The notes beneath the pieces were generated by a model. That model had not been told where the DNA came from and made no database searches. It worked only from the letters and a program-made list of their open reading frames with translations. A stretch of DNA of 64,000 nucleotides, taken from an uncultured Gammaproteobacteria bacterium (GTDB lineage: Bacteria; Patescibacteriota; Microgenomatia; CAZETR01; Amesbacteraceae). Positions 19,767-30,253 of this stretch are shown one piece after another (positions within the stretch are counted from its first letter, which is position 1; every line of letters begins with the position of its first letter). The position numbers and the translations under genes were made by a program. Location: positions 303,736 through 367,735 of the forward strand of contig CAZIVL010000001.1 in assembly GCA_964543035.1 (NCBI GenBank), in the 5' to 3' direction.

Positions 19767-21091
19767 TTCTTTCTCTGGCAGTCTTGTTGAGACTGTTCAA
19801 CCTGGATCAAAGTTTTTGGTTGGACGAAGCTTCGCAAGCTCAGATGTCATCACTTTCACCTCGGGCAATATGGTTTGACAGGGGGGGGGACTTTCACCCT
19901 CCTTTATTTTATCTTCTTGCCCACTTCTGGCTCTTGTTCGGAAAATCTGAAGTCTGGTTGAGACTGCTCCCGGTATCTTTTGGTGTGATAAATGTTTACA
20001 TAATATATTTACTGGCAAAAAAAGTAATTCCCGGGCAACAGATTCTAGCGAGTTTCCTCCTGGCCATCGCCCCATTTCATATCTACTACTCTCAAGAGTT
20101 TAGGTCTTACTCACTCCTATGTTTACTAGGGACGCTATCTATGTACTTTCTATTTCAAAAAAAATATATGTCACTTATGATAGTCAACTCACTCCTTTTT
20201 TACACCCACTACTCATCTATCTTTTTACTACTTACCCAGCTGTTTCTTGTGCCAAAAGCAGATTATAAAAAATACTTGATACATAATACATTATACTTTT
20301 TGCTGATCATTCCCTGGCTACCTCAATTTGTTCATCAACTAAATTCCGGTGTAAACATCGACAATTATTTGCCAGGCTGGCGAAATGTACTAAGCCTTCC
20401 TGTACTCAAGGCCTTTCCAGTCACAGTCTTCAAGTTAGTTGCAGGTAGAATAAATTTCTTATCTAGATATCTTTACGGCATGTACATTGTCTTTGTATTT
20501 GCTGTCACTTTTTCAGCTTTCTTTGTAGCCCGAGCCCAAAAGCGTTTTCTTTTCATTTGGGCATTGGTACCTGTATTTATAATGATGCTGGTCTCGTTTG
20601 CCATACCCCAGAGTCAGCCATTTAGAGTAATTTTTGTATTACCAGCTTTTATACTGCTTATGACTCAAGCAGGCAGCAAGTTTCCCAAGCTTTTTCTGAC
20701 ATTTTTTATATACATAGCCCTTACCGGAAATATAACCTATTACACCCGGCCTCGGATTCAAAGAGAAGACTGGAGAGGCGCGATCTCCTTTCTTGCTACA
20801 AAAAATATGCCCATAGTCATCAAGTTCTCTGGCAATTTTGCCCCCATCACCTGGTACAATCCCAGTCTTCCCGTAATAGCAGCAGTTCCTCATTATCCAG
20901 CTAGTTCCCAGGACGTAACATCTAAGCTTATTCCCTTGTCTACCCAAAAATCAGTCTTACTGGTAGATTACTTGGGAGAACTTACTGATCCCAACAGAGT
21001 CACCGACCAGATTTTGGGTGAGATGGGCTTTGTAGCGGGTCGGGTCCACGACTTTTCGGGGGTTGGTTTTATTCGTGAGTATCACCGATGA
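19733..21091 (+). CDS. GT-C glycosyltransferase, ArnT/PMT (GT39/GT83)-like
   Basis: TM1 followed by the RLFNLDQSFWLDEA loop motif typical of PMT_2/ArnT family; about 11 TM helices; contains a G9 homopolymer. Confidence 0.8.
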   Translation: MGKNSKITLIIVLSLAVLLRLFNLDQSFWLDEASQAQMSSLSPRAIWFDRGGDFHPPLFYLLAHFWLLFGKSEVWLRLLPVSFGVINVYIIYLLAKKVIPGQQILASFLLAIAPFHIYYSQEFRSYSLLCLLGTLSMYFLFQKKYMSLMIVNSLLFYTHYSSIFLLLTQLFLVPKADYKKYLIHNTLYFLLIIPWLPQFVHQLNSGVNIDNYLPGWRNVLSLPVLKAFPVTVFKLVAGRINFLSRYLYGMYIVFVFAVTFSAFFVARAQKRFLFIWALVPVFIMMLVSFAIPQSQPFRVIFVLPAFILLMTQAGSKFPKLFLTFFIYIALTGNITYYTRPRIQREDWRGAISFLATKNMPIVIKFSGNFAPITWYNPSLPVIAAVPHYPASSQDVTSKLIPLSTQKSVLLVDYLGELTDPNRVTDQILGEMGFVAGRVHDFSGVGFIREYHR

Positions 21092-22359
21092 TTGTCCTAA
21101 TTTTTCAACTAATTCATTCATTGATTCTCTGGAAATTAGAATTCTTTTTATATCCTGAACTGTTGATATATCCTTACCTTACTACTCAAAAACTTCTTCC
21201 CTATTCTCAGATTCTAGACCAGCATTTTCCAGGACTCATGTTTTTTCCAATCAATTTTTTCTCATTGGGATTTACAGATCCAACGAGTTTCAAATCCCTT
21301 TTGGTCTTAATTGTTATTTTTCAGTCTGTCTTCATATACAGACTAACAAAATCCAAGTCAGCGGTATTGTTGTTTACTATACTGCACCCATTGTTTGAGG
21401 GAAATCAGCTCTGGCTAGATTCATTTTTGCCGTTACTCCTTCTGCCTGCATATTGGAGCTTTACGAGCAAAAGATTTTTTATGACAGGGTTGTTATTGGG
21501 ATTAGGAGTAGTCTTTAAACAGACGTTGGTTCCGGCAGTCGTCTTCATTGGCTTAATTTTGCTTTTTAAAAAACAATTCAAAGATCTCGTAGTTTTTTCG
21601 CTTTCGGCCCTTTTTCCGTCTGTCTTAATGCTGATGTACATGGGAAAAATAGGTATTCTTTCAGACTTTTGGTATTGGACCGTTCAGTTTAACCTCACCA
21701 CATTTGCCGCTCATGGGCGAAATTTGCCGACTCCCAAAGAGGTTATCAAAGTTTCTTTTGTGGGAGTCATTGCTATCTATTGTTTTGTTCGGTATCCAAA
21801 AAGCCGTCACGGCCTTTTATTGGGATTGATGGCTAGTCTTGAGACATTTTCTCGTTTTGGGCTTATTCATCTGCAGACCTTCATACCTTTTCTGGCAATC
21901 GCAGTTTCTTACATAAAATCACTCAAAAAATTATTTTTAATATTTTTTATTTCTATTGCATGGCTAATTTATTTTTTGCTCAGACAGCAAAACATCGGAG
22001 GATACAAATTTTTTGATCCAGATACATTAACTATCATAAGTAAGGTTCAGGAAAACACCGACCCGGGAGACACCATCTTTTTATTAGGTGTCCAGCCGCA
22101 TATATACGAGCAAACAAAGACCCTCCCCCCAGGAAATGTTTTTGTTTTTCAGTTTCCCTGGTTTTTACAAATATCTGGAGACCGTATTCTTCAGACTCTC
22201 AAAGACGATCCTCCCAAGCTGATTCTTTACAACCCAGAAAGTGAGATCGACGAGCAATATCTGCGCGATTATGCCCACTACTTGGTAGAATATACAGTGA
22301 GTAACTACCGGCTCGTGGATGAAGTGGGAGTGACTCAGATTTATGCGCGTCGCAATTGA
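21088..22359 (+). CDS. Polytopic membrane protein (probable additional membrane glycosyltransferase)
   Basis: 423 aa, about 10 TM helices, soluble C-terminal domain. Confidence 0.65.
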   Translation: MIVLIFQLIHSLILWKLEFFLYPELLIYPYLTTQKLLPYSQILDQHFPGLMFFPINFFSLGFTDPTSFKSLLVLIVIFQSVFIYRLTKSKSAVLLFTILHPLFEGNQLWLDSFLPLLLLPAYWSFTSKRFFMTGLLLGLGVVFKQTLVPAVVFIGLILLFKKQFKDLVVFSLSALFPSVLMLMYMGKIGILSDFWYWTVQFNLTTFAAHGRNLPTPKEVIKVSFVGVIAIYCFVRYPKSRHGLLLGLMASLETFSRFGLIHLQTFIPFLAIAVSYIKSLKKLFLIFFISIAWLIYFLLRQQNIGGYKFFDPDTLTIISKVQENTDPGDTIFLLGVQPHIYEQTKTLPPGNVFVFQFPWFLQISGDRILQTLKDDPPKLILYNPESEIDEQYLRDYAHYLVEYTVSNYRLVDEVGVTQIYARRN

Positions 22360-23377
22360 CATTTCGTCGGTCATCTTTAGGACTGGTGTATCCAGATATA
22401 CCCAAGAATTGGTTCGTCATCTGCCGAATGATTTGCTGCTTCCGTTTGGATTTTCTATGAGAAGAGGAGGGGAGTTTCCTGCAGGCACCAAAGTCTTCCC
22501 CCTCCCCCCGACTGCCATGCACTATTTATGGAACAAATACCACACCCTAAGTGTAGAATCTTTGGTGGGGGACATGGATGTCTATCACTCGTCAGATTGG
22601 GCCCAGGGGCCGAGTCGGGCCAAAAAAGTCACTACTATCCATGATCTGTCCCCATTTTTATTTCCCGAGGAGACTGATTCTCAGATTTTGGCTGTTCATA
22701 CTGCTCGTATGAAGTGGGTTATCAAGGAATGCGATGCCGTTATCTGCGTATCGCAAAATACCGCCTCAGATCTACAAAAATTATTCAATTATCCTTCATC
22801 AAAAATCCACATCATCCCCGAAGCTCTACCCACACCACACCAATTATCTCCTGATACATCATACGTTATACCAGATACATCATACTTGTTAGCCATCGGC
22901 GCCCGCCAGCCCCGAAAAAACATCAAGCGCCTTATCTCAGCTTATTTAGCACATCGGTCCAAGTACTTTCTCCCCGAAAAACTCATCATTATCGGGGAAA
23001 TACCTGATACAACATACAAAATACATGATACGGTCCAGTTTACTGGTCCCGTCTCAGACCAAGATCTGGCAGGCTACATGCGAGGCGCCGAGGCTTTTGT
23101 CTATCCCTCTCTCTACGAAGGCTTTGGGCTACCCATTCTTGAAGCTTTTCACCACCAAGTTCCTGTGGCCGCTTCAAATACCTCGTCAATCCCAGAAGTA
23201 GCAGGCAGCGCTGCAGTACTTTTCGATCCCCTTGATGAGGAATCGATAGCCAAAGGCGTGGCTGACGCCATAAAAAATAAAAAGAAATTAATTTCAGCCG
23301 GCACAAAGCAGTTATCCCATTTCAGCTGGACCAAGACAGCAGAAAAGACTTTGGAGGTGTATAAAAGCTTATGCTAA
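22343..23377 (+). CDS. Glycosyltransferase family 4
   Basis: EGFGLPILEAFHHQVPV motif; 344 aa; contains tandem 21-nt duplication. Confidence 0.8.
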   Translation: MRVAIDISSVIFRTGVSRYTQELVRHLPNDLLLPFGFSMRRGGEFPAGTKVFPLPPTAMHYLWNKYHTLSVESLVGDMDVYHSSDWAQGPSRAKKVTTIHDLSPFLFPEETDSQILAVHTARMKWVIKECDAVICVSQNTASDLQKLFNYPSSKIHIIPEALPTPHQLSPDTSYVIPDTSYLLAIGARQPRKNIKRLISAYLAHRSKYFLPEKLIIIGEIPDTTYKIHDTVQFTGPVSDQDLAGYMRGAEAFVYPSLYEGFGLPILEAFHHQVPVAASNTSSIPEVAGSAAVLFDPLDEESIAKGVADAIKNKKKLISAGTKQLSHFSWTKTAEKTLEVYKSLC

Positions 23378-24489
23378 TAGGAATTGATGCCAATGAGGCA
23401 AATTTGACCCAAAACCGGGTGGGTATCAACCAGTATGCTTTTGAGCTGTTGCATGCCCTCTACAATCTCGACACCCCACACATATTTGTCATATATCTTA
23501 AATCCAAGCCCCAGCCAGATCTGCCGGTCGCCCGAAAAAACTGGCATTATAGGGTCATTCCTTTTCCCAAGCTCTGGACCCAGACCAGGCTGCCTGTGGA
23601 TCTCTTTACTCACGCTCCCAGCCCTACGGTTTTCTTTAGCATGACCCACTACGCCCCCCGCTGGTCACCCGTTCCCACGGTCGTGGCCATCATGGATCTG
23701 GGTTTTTTGAGCTCTCCCGAGCAGTTTACTCCCCGCGATTTTAATCAGCTCAAATCTTGGACACACTATTCAGTAAAAAATGCCAAAAAAATTATTGCCA
23801 TCTCCCAATTTACCAAGGAAGCCATCCAAAAAGAATACAAGCGCGCAGAGGGGGACATCATAGTTACCCACCTGAGTTACAACTCTTCGTTATTTAAGCC
23901 CACTCATAATTCCCAGATTCTCGAAAAATACGGCATCACAAAACCTTATATTTTGTTTCTTAGTAGCCTCAAACCCAGCAAAAATATAGAGCGACTCATT
24001 GAAGCCTACAAAATACTAAATACTAAATACAAAATACAAGATACAAAGTTAGTCATCTCAGGCAAAAAGGCCTGGCTGTTTGACCAAATATTCGCCAAAG
24101 TAAAGAGTCTGGGTATAGAAGACAGGGTTATTTTTACGGGTTTTGTAGAAGAAAGCGAAAAACCAGTTCTTATGACAGAGGCCTCGGCTTTTGTCCTGCC
24201 GTCCCTATACGAGGGATTTGGTATCCCGGTTCTCGAGGCCATGGCTTGTGGGACTCCGGTCGTAATATCCAAGATAGCCAGTCTTCCGGAAGTAGCAGGT
24301 TCAGCTGGCATTTTTGTAGACCCCCTTGATGTAAACAGTATTGCAGACGGCCTACAAATAGCCCTTGGCCCCAGATCACAAGAATTTGTGAAAAAGGGAC
24401 TAAAAAGGGTACAATCATTTAGCTGGGATAGGTGTGCAAAGGAGACTCTAACTGTCATTCTGAGCGCAGCGAAGAATCCAGTAGTATGA
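23371..24489 (+). CDS. Glycosyltransferase family 4
   Basis: [18 protein letters not shown] motif; 372 aa; last 11 codons are formed by the recurring motif copy A. Confidence 0.8.
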   Translation: MLIGIDANEANLTQNRVGINQYAFELLHALYNLDTPHIFVIYLKSKPQPDLPVARKNWHYRVIPFPKLWTQTRLPVDLFTHAPSPTVFFSMTHYAPRWSPVPTVVAIMDLGFLSSPEQFTPRDFNQLKSWTHYSVKNAKKIIAISQFTKEAIQKEYKRAEGDIIVTHLSYNSSLFKPTHNSQILEKYGITKPYILFLSSLKPSKNIERLIEAYKILNTKYKIQDTKLVISGKKAWLFDQIFAKVKSLGIEDRVIFTGFVEESEKPVLMTEASAFVLPSLYEGFGIPVLEAMACGTPVVISKIASLPEVAGSAGIFVDPLDVNSIADGLQIALGPRSQEFVKKGLKRVQSFSWDRCAKETLTVILSAAKNPVV

Positions 24490-25127
24490 TTTACGGAGAC
24501 AACATTCACTTCAGTTCAAAAGGGATTACTTTTACCGATAAGCACGGCCATACTCTAGCAGTAGGCGAAGCCTTCCGCAGGTCCTTTGTCAGATACTACA
24601 ATTGGTATCTAGATTTTCAGCTTTATATTCTCCATCTAGTCTCAGACATTATTCCGATTTATCCCATAAGAAAGCTTTTTTTTGAGCTTGCTGGTATGAG
24701 GATTGACCAGGGTTCTACTGTCCACATGCAAGCTAGATTTTTTGCACCACGAGGCATAAAAATCGGGCGTGACACCATAGTTGGTTTCAGATCATTTCTC
24801 GACGGCCGGGAAAAAATTATTATTGGTGATCATGTGGACATCGCTTCCGAGGTCATGATTTACAACTCAGAGCACGATCTAGGAGCCGCAGACTTTTCAG
24901 CCACCTCCGCCCCAGTCACCATTCAGGATTATGTGTTTATTGGCCCCAGGGCCATTATCATGCCCGGTGTGACAATTGGTAGGGGAGCCGTCGTTGCCGG
25001 CGGAGCAGTCGTCACAAAAGATGTCCCCGACTTTGCCATCGTGGGAGGAGTGCCAGCCAAGGTGATTGGTGAGCGTCGTAATCGTGATCCCCATTACCAT
25101 TTGGGTCGGGCTAGACTGTTTCAATAA
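24486..25127 (+). CDS. Hexapeptide-repeat (LbH) sugar O-acetyltransferase, WcaF/CysE-like
   Basis: Left-handed beta-helix repeats [32 protein letters not shown]; start set to MIYGD (ATGA overlap with upstream stop), track ORF has a spurious N-terminal extension. Confidence 0.8.
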   Translation: MIYGDNIHFSSKGITFTDKHGHTLAVGEAFRRSFVRYYNWYLDFQLYILHLVSDIIPIYPIRKLFFELAGMRIDQGSTVHMQARFFAPRGIKIGRDTIVGFRSFLDGREKIIIGDHVDIASEVMIYNSEHDLGAADFSATSAPVTIQDYVFIGPRAIIMPGVTIGRGAVVAGGAVVTKDVPDFAIVGGVPAKVIGERRNRDPHYHLGRARLFQ

Positions 25128-25621
25128 TGAAAATTGTCAAAACTTTTTTAATTGTTGCATGGGGAGCAGTTTGTCTCTACCTGCTTTTGCCAAACTCACC
25201 TTTCCCCCCACCTCCCCCAGATGCACTGACATCAAATGAACCTGCAGACACCGAGAGTATCTATCGCAAAGCTTATTATTCAAATTATTCCCGGGCAGAA
25301 ATCATGGATTATTACAAAAAGACCTATCTACCAAAGCCTCTGTTTCGTCTAAATTATCCCCCCGAGGACAGCCAACTATACATCCGCGACCTCACCCAGA
25401 GTAGTTGGCTTGAGGAGCTAGTTCATATTGGGAGAGACTCCATCTACATCAATGGTTTTTATCCCACCAAACCTACTGAGCAAATAAATTTTAAAGGGGT
25501 TCATTACAAAAACAAGATTATAGTAAGACAGATTCCTACATCTATATACTCTCGACTGACGACTATCACACTAGGCTTTATAGCCCTTTATTTCCTGGTT
25601 CGTGAATATGCAAAAATTTAA
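25127..25621 (+). CDS. Hypothetical bitopic membrane protein
   Basis: N- and C-terminal TM helices, proline-rich segment; no recognisable motif. Confidence 0.5.
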   Translation: MKIVKTFLIVAWGAVCLYLLLPNSPFPPPPPDALTSNEPADTESIYRKAYYSNYSRAEIMDYYKKTYLPKPLFRLNYPPEDSQLYIRDLTQSSWLEELVHIGRDSIYINGFYPTKPTEQINFKGVHYKNKIIVRQIPTSIYSRLTTITLGFIALYFLVREYAKI

Positions 25622-26885
25622 CATCTGGATTTTACTTCTGCTTCTAATATTTATCCCCATATATCCAAAGTTTCCTTTGGTGGGTATTGCTGGTAGTTTT
25701 GTGGCCATTAGGCTCGAAGACTTTTTGGTGTTGATTGCTCTTGGACTTTGGGGACTCCAAAACATAACCAGGATTAGGAAGATCTTTGAAAACCCTCTTC
25801 ACAGATCCGTCGCCTTGTATTTGCTCATAGGATTTTTTGCCCTATTCTCGGGCATTTTTTTGACCAAACTTGTGGATATAAAAGTGGGACTTCTTCATGC
25901 ATTTAGGAGAGTCGAGTACATGGCATTGTTTTTTATCGCATACGATTTTTTCAAAACGAAAGCCCACTTACCAATTTTTGTTCGGACCATTCTTGTGGTA
26001 TCTGCCATCATCGCTTTCTATGGCCTGGGTCAGGTTTATTTTGATTTCCCTGTAATTTCTACTTCAAATAGTGAGTTTTCTAAGGGTCTGGCTCTTACGC
26101 TTGGAGCTGGCGCACGTATAAACTCTACTTTTGCTGGCCATTATGATCTGGCAGCATTCTCAGTCTTCCCCCTGCTTTTGATTACAGGACTTCTAGCAAT
26201 TGATGCCAAACCCAAGTGGGCTCTTATTTTGGTAGGAGCGGCCTCCCATTGGACTCTTTTGCTATCTGCATCCAGGGTCTCGTTTGCAAGTTTTGTGATT
26301 TGTGCCGGAATTTTGCTTTTAGCCCTAAGAAAATTTTCTTGGATTCCTTTGCTTGTTATTCTTTCTATAATCAGCGTGGTGTTGTCACCTCAACTGCGCG
26401 GTAGATATTTGGAATTTATTACCCAGGTCCACGCTCAAGAAGAGTCAAAAAGCGTAGAATCCGTCCCAGACGCTCTTAAGCCCACAGCCAAGCCCGAAGA
26501 CAGATCATTCAACATTAGACTCAATGTCGAATGGCCCAGAGCCATCAGAGCCTGGCAAAAAAATCCGATCTTTGGCACCGGCTTCTCTTCAGTTGGTCTT
26601 GCAACAGACAACGAGTACTTGCGCACTCTTGCCGAGACGGGCACATTAGGATTGTTGGCGTTTTTACTTATTTTTATACGTTTTTTCAAAACTTCAGTTT
26701 CTTATTTTATAAAATATAGTCCCACGCTTGAGCATGTATTTATTCTTAGCATGGTGTGTGGCATACTCAGCCTAATGCTAAACGCTGTATTTATAGATGT
26801 CTTTGCAGCATCAAAGATAGCCTTATTTGCCTGGCTCGTAATAGGTGTTACAGAAAAAGTAAAACAAGAAAGTACAAAATCATGA
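25602..26885 (+). CDS. O-antigen ligase / Wzy-like polymerase family membrane protein
   Basis: 427 aa, about 10 TM with a large loop near the C-terminus (typical Wzy_C arrangement). Confidence 0.65.
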   Translation: MNMQKFNIWILLLLLIFIPIYPKFPLVGIAGSFVAIRLEDFLVLIALGLWGLQNITRIRKIFENPLHRSVALYLLIGFFALFSGIFLTKLVDIKVGLLHAFRRVEYMALFFIAYDFFKTKAHLPIFVRTILVVSAIIAFYGLGQVYFDFPVISTSNSEFSKGLALTLGAGARINSTFAGHYDLAAFSVFPLLLITGLLAIDAKPKWALILVGAASHWTLLLSASRVSFASFVICAGILLLALRKFSWIPLLVILSIISVVLSPQLRGRYLEFITQVHAQEESKSVESVPDALKPTAKPEDRSFNIRLNVEWPRAIRAWQKNPIFGTGFSSVGLATDNEYLRTLAETGTLGLLAFLLIFIRFFKTSVSYFIKYSPTLEHVFILSMVCGILSLMLNAVFIDVFAASKIALFAWLVIGVTEKVKQESTKS

Positions 26886-28258
26886 AAATAAAGCAGCCTC
26901 ACCATCTAATTCTGATTATTTTTTTGATTTTGGGTTTTTTGGTTCGTCTGTACAAGATAGATAACCCGATAGCCGACTGGCATTCCTGGCGCCAGGCAGA
27001 CACATCGGCCGTGACTCGAAATTTCGTCAAATATGGAGTCAATGTCCTATACCCCAGGTACGATGATTTTACCGATGTCTCAGGGAAAGGGCTTTTCAAT
27101 CCCAAAGGATACAGATATGTAGAGTTTCCGATTTTCAATCTCGTTCATTATTTAGTATTCATGATTCTTTCGCCGGTCCAAGTTACACTTGAGGCGGCCG
27201 GACGTCTTACTTCAGTTCTTGCATCTTTAGTTTCGGCCACACTTCTATATTTGATCGTGAGCAGGCGCACAAACAAGACGACTGGACTTATGTCATCATT
27301 TTTCTATCTGTTTTTGCCTTACAACATATTTTTCACCAGAGTCGTTCTTCCCGATCCGCTCATGGTTACATTGTTTTTGGCGGCCCTCTACTTTAACGAC
27401 CTAAAAAAACACACCCTCACTCTAGTGTTTGGATCACTGGCTATATTAGTAAAGCCAATTGCCATCTTCTTCTTGCTACCTATATATATCTCAAATTTTT
27501 GGCTAGGTCTTGTTATGTTGGTTCCGTTTGGGCTATGGCGGGTGTGGTCATATCGCCACCCTGAGGGGATACCGGCAAGTCTTTGGCTCCTAAATGGCAA
27601 TCATATTCGATTCAAGGGCGCGTTTTTCCAATGGATTTTTGGGGTCAGAATTGGCAGTCTGATTTTGGGCAAGTGGGGAATTTGGCCATTTTTATCAGGA
27701 CTGATTGCTGCTTCTCCTGGCTTTATCCTCTGGATAATCTCCTCCATGCTTTATCTCTTCACCTTTGCCATGGGCAATGTCCATCACGACTATTACCAGA
27801 TTCCCATCATTCCTTCCCTTGCGGTACTTCTGGCCATAGGGGCTTATCACATTTGGCACACTAGCCCTCGCACCATCCTATCTCGGATTTTGTTAGTAGC
27901 CTGTGTTCTCTTCATGCTTGCTTTTTCTTGGTATGACATTCGAGGACTTTATCAGGTCAACAATTGGTCAATCGTTCATGCGGGTCAGGCCGCAGACAAA
28001 CTGTTACCAAAAGATGCCATCGTCATCGCCCCCTACATGGGAGACACAGCCTTTTTATATCAGACAAATCGCGCTGGGTTCCCATACCTGTACATGCCCG
28101 AAAAAGATCTCAAAGATCTCTACAACGCCCAGTACTACATCTCAGTAAATTACGATGATGATACCAATAGAATTATAAATAAATACATTACCCTCGAACG
28201 CACTCCCGAATATGTCATAGTCAAGCTCGAAGAACCCATAAGAGACCCTGTCAAATGA
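26882..28258 (+). CDS. GT-C glycosyltransferase, ArnT/PMT-like
   Basis: TM1 LILIIFLILGFLVRLYKIDNP then W..RQAD loop; multi-TM; start at the internal ATG giving ATGA overlap with the upstream stop. Confidence 0.75.
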   Translation: MKIKQPHHLILIIFLILGFLVRLYKIDNPIADWHSWRQADTSAVTRNFVKYGVNVLYPRYDDFTDVSGKGLFNPKGYRYVEFPIFNLVHYLVFMILSPVQVTLEAAGRLTSVLASLVSATLLYLIVSRRTNKTTGLMSSFFYLFLPYNIFFTRVVLPDPLMVTLFLAALYFNDLKKHTLTLVFGSLAILVKPIAIFFLLPIYISNFWLGLVMLVPFGLWRVWSYRHPEGIPASLWLLNGNHIRFKGAFFQWIFGVRIGSLILGKWGIWPFLSGLIAASPGFILWIISSMLYLFTFAMGNVHHDYYQIPIIPSLAVLLAIGAYHIWHTSPRTILSRILLVACVLFMLAFSWYDIRGLYQVNNWSIVHAGQAADKLLPKDAIVIAPYMGDTAFLYQTNRAGFPYLYMPEKDLKDLYNAQYYISVNYDDDTNRIINKYITLERTPEYVIVKLEEPIRDPVK

Positions 28259-29454
28259 AGATCTTGATGCTCGTTCCATATCTGCCCTATCCACCTTTTG
28301 AGGGCGGTCAAATCCGCTCATACAAACTGATCAAACTTCTTTCTGTCCATCACGACATCACTCTCGTCTGTTTTACTCGCCAGCACAACACTCCAGACCA
28401 GATCGAGCATATGAAACAGTTTTGCAAAAAAATTATCGTAATCGAACGCGGCAAGACCTGGACTCTAAAAAACATTTTGAGAACAGGTTTTTCCATATAC
28501 CCATTTTTAATCAACATCTATTTTTCTCCCCAGACACAGCAATTGTTAGCAGACGAATTGGCCAGCACTCATTATGATCTGATCCATGCAGAAATGTTTT
28601 ATACCTTACCGTATTTACCCAAACACAATATTCCCACGATTCTTGTCGAACAGACGATTATGTCTCGAGTATTTGGTCATCAGGCCAAGACAGATAAGCG
28701 AGTTTGGTTCAGGCCGCTCATGGCTCTCGACATAATAAAGATGCGTTTTTGGGAAAAGTATTATTGGAAACGAGTAGACAGTCTAGTCACTGTTTCAGAA
28801 GAGGATGCTGCAGTCATTCGAAAGATGATTCCAGGAATAAAAATAAACATTGTTCCAAATGGAGTCGGGGAGGACTTTACCAATCTTCCACGCAAAACAC
28901 ACTACAACCACACGCTCTACTACATGGGGGATTACAAATGGATCCAGAACTGGGAGGCCGTTGATCTCTTGGCAAACAAAGTTTTTCCCCTGGTAAAAAA
29001 AGAAATCCCAGATGCCAAGTTAATAATTGCTGGCAAGTTTCCCACCCCAGAGGTGCTTTCGTTGGCATCAGAAGATATTGAGGTGTTGGAGTTCAAAGGA
29101 AACGACGGCAACAGTGTCGTAAATGCGTGTATAAAGTCAGGTTTGTTTGTGGCTCCCATGTATGCCCCTGGAGGTACTCGCCTCAAAATACTTGCTTCCA
29201 TGGCAGCCATGATGCCCGTGGTGACCACTCCAATCGGCGCCGAAGGATATGGAGCCGTCGATGGGGAGTCAATTCTCATTGGCAACCGTACCGAAGATCT
29301 GGCATCGCAATCTGTTCGCGTTCTCAAAGACAAAAAGCTGTATCAAAAAATTGCAGTCAACGCCAGAAAACTAGTGGACACAAAATTCACCTGGGAGCCA
29401 ATAGCCAAAAAGCTAGAGTCCATCTATGAAGACCTTATCCATCATCATTCTTAG
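28255..29454 (+). CDS. Glycosyltransferase family 4
   Basis: GT-B architecture, C-terminal GGTRLKILASMAAMMPVV. Confidence 0.8.
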   Translation: MKILMLVPYLPYPPFEGGQIRSYKLIKLLSVHHDITLVCFTRQHNTPDQIEHMKQFCKKIIVIERGKTWTLKNILRTGFSIYPFLINIYFSPQTQQLLADELASTHYDLIHAEMFYTLPYLPKHNIPTILVEQTIMSRVFGHQAKTDKRVWFRPLMALDIIKMRFWEKYYWKRVDSLVTVSEEDAAVIRKMIPGIKINIVPNGVGEDFTNLPRKTHYNHTLYYMGDYKWIQNWEAVDLLANKVFPLVKKEIPDAKLIIAGKFPTPEVLSLASEDIEVLEFKGNDGNSVVNACIKSGLFVAPMYAPGGTRLKILASMAAMMPVVTTPIGAEGYGAVDGESILIGNRTEDLASQSVRVLKDKKLYQKIAVNARKLVDTKFTWEPIAKKLESIYEDLIHHHS

Positions 29455-30253
29455 CTTCAATGTCCAAAAGCTAATTTTGGATTGTCTGGCTTCCATACCA
29501 GATCATTCGGATTGGGAAATAATAGTTCCAGATAACGGCTCGACCGATAACTCCGTGACCGAAATCAAAAAAAAGTTTCCCAAAGTAAAAATTATTGAAA
29601 ACCACAAAAACTTGGGATTCGCAGCCGGCAACAACGTGGGAATCAAGGAGTCGAAAGGGGAGTATGTCCTACTTCTCAATCCCGATACCGTCGTGTACCC
29701 AAATTCTATTGAGACAGTTCTAGATTATATGAAAAAAAATTCCGACGTGGGTGCCGCGACTTGTAGAGTAGAGCTTCCAGATGGATCGCTGGATTATTCC
29801 AGCCACCGCGGTTTTCCCGATCCAGTAGGATCGCTGCTGCACTTTGTTGGTCTTAAAAGTATTTCCTCTTATACCAATCGCAATATCCCAGATCACGTTC
29901 ATGATATAGATTCCCTCACTGGAGCTTTTGCCCTAATTAGAAGAGCAGCAGGTGATCAAGTGGGTTGGCTAGATGAAGATTATTTTTGGAACGGTGAAGA
30001 TCTGGACTTTTGTTACAAACTAAAAAGTGCAGGGTGGAAAATAGTTTTCATGCCAGAGACAAAAATTACTCATTTCAAAGGATCTTCTGCCAAAGCCAGT
30101 CATGACACCAGACTTGCATGGGCTCGCAATTCTACAGACGTCATGCACCTGTTTTACAAAAAACATTTGGCTTCAAAATATCCTTTCATTCTCAATTGGG
30201 CTGTATACTTTGGGATATGGCTACTCAGACAAAAAAGACAATTATCTGCATAG
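29426..30253 (+). CDS. Glycosyltransferase family 2
   Basis: LSIIILSFNV...VPDNGSTDNS, LNPDTVV (DxD). Confidence 0.8.
   Translation: MKTLSIIILSFNVQKLILDCLASIPDHSDWEIIVPDNGSTDNSVTEIKKKFPKVKIIENHKNLGFAAGNNVGIKESKGEYVLLLNPDTVVYPNSIETVLDYMKKNSDVGAATCRVELPDGSLDYSSHRGFPDPVGSLLHFVGLKSISSYTNRNIPDHVHDIDSLTGAFALIRRAAGDQVGWLDEDYFWNGEDLDFCYKLKSAGWKIVFMPETKITHFKGSSAKASHDTRLAWARNSTDVMHLFYKKHLASKYPFILNWAVYFGIWLLRQKRQLSA

Noticed and set aside
24432-24485. N-terminal extension [18 protein letters not shown] of the acetyltransferase ORF
   Set aside because: The extension is just the recurring motif copy A read in another frame, and overlaps the real 3' end of the upstream GT4. The start is better placed at ATG 24486 (MIYGD), which gives a classic ATGA stop/start overlap.
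24006-24509. 167-aa - strand ORF
   Set aside because: Antisense to the 3' half of the GT4 gene 23371-24489, with a Ser/Arg/Thr-rich translation typical of shadow ORFs.
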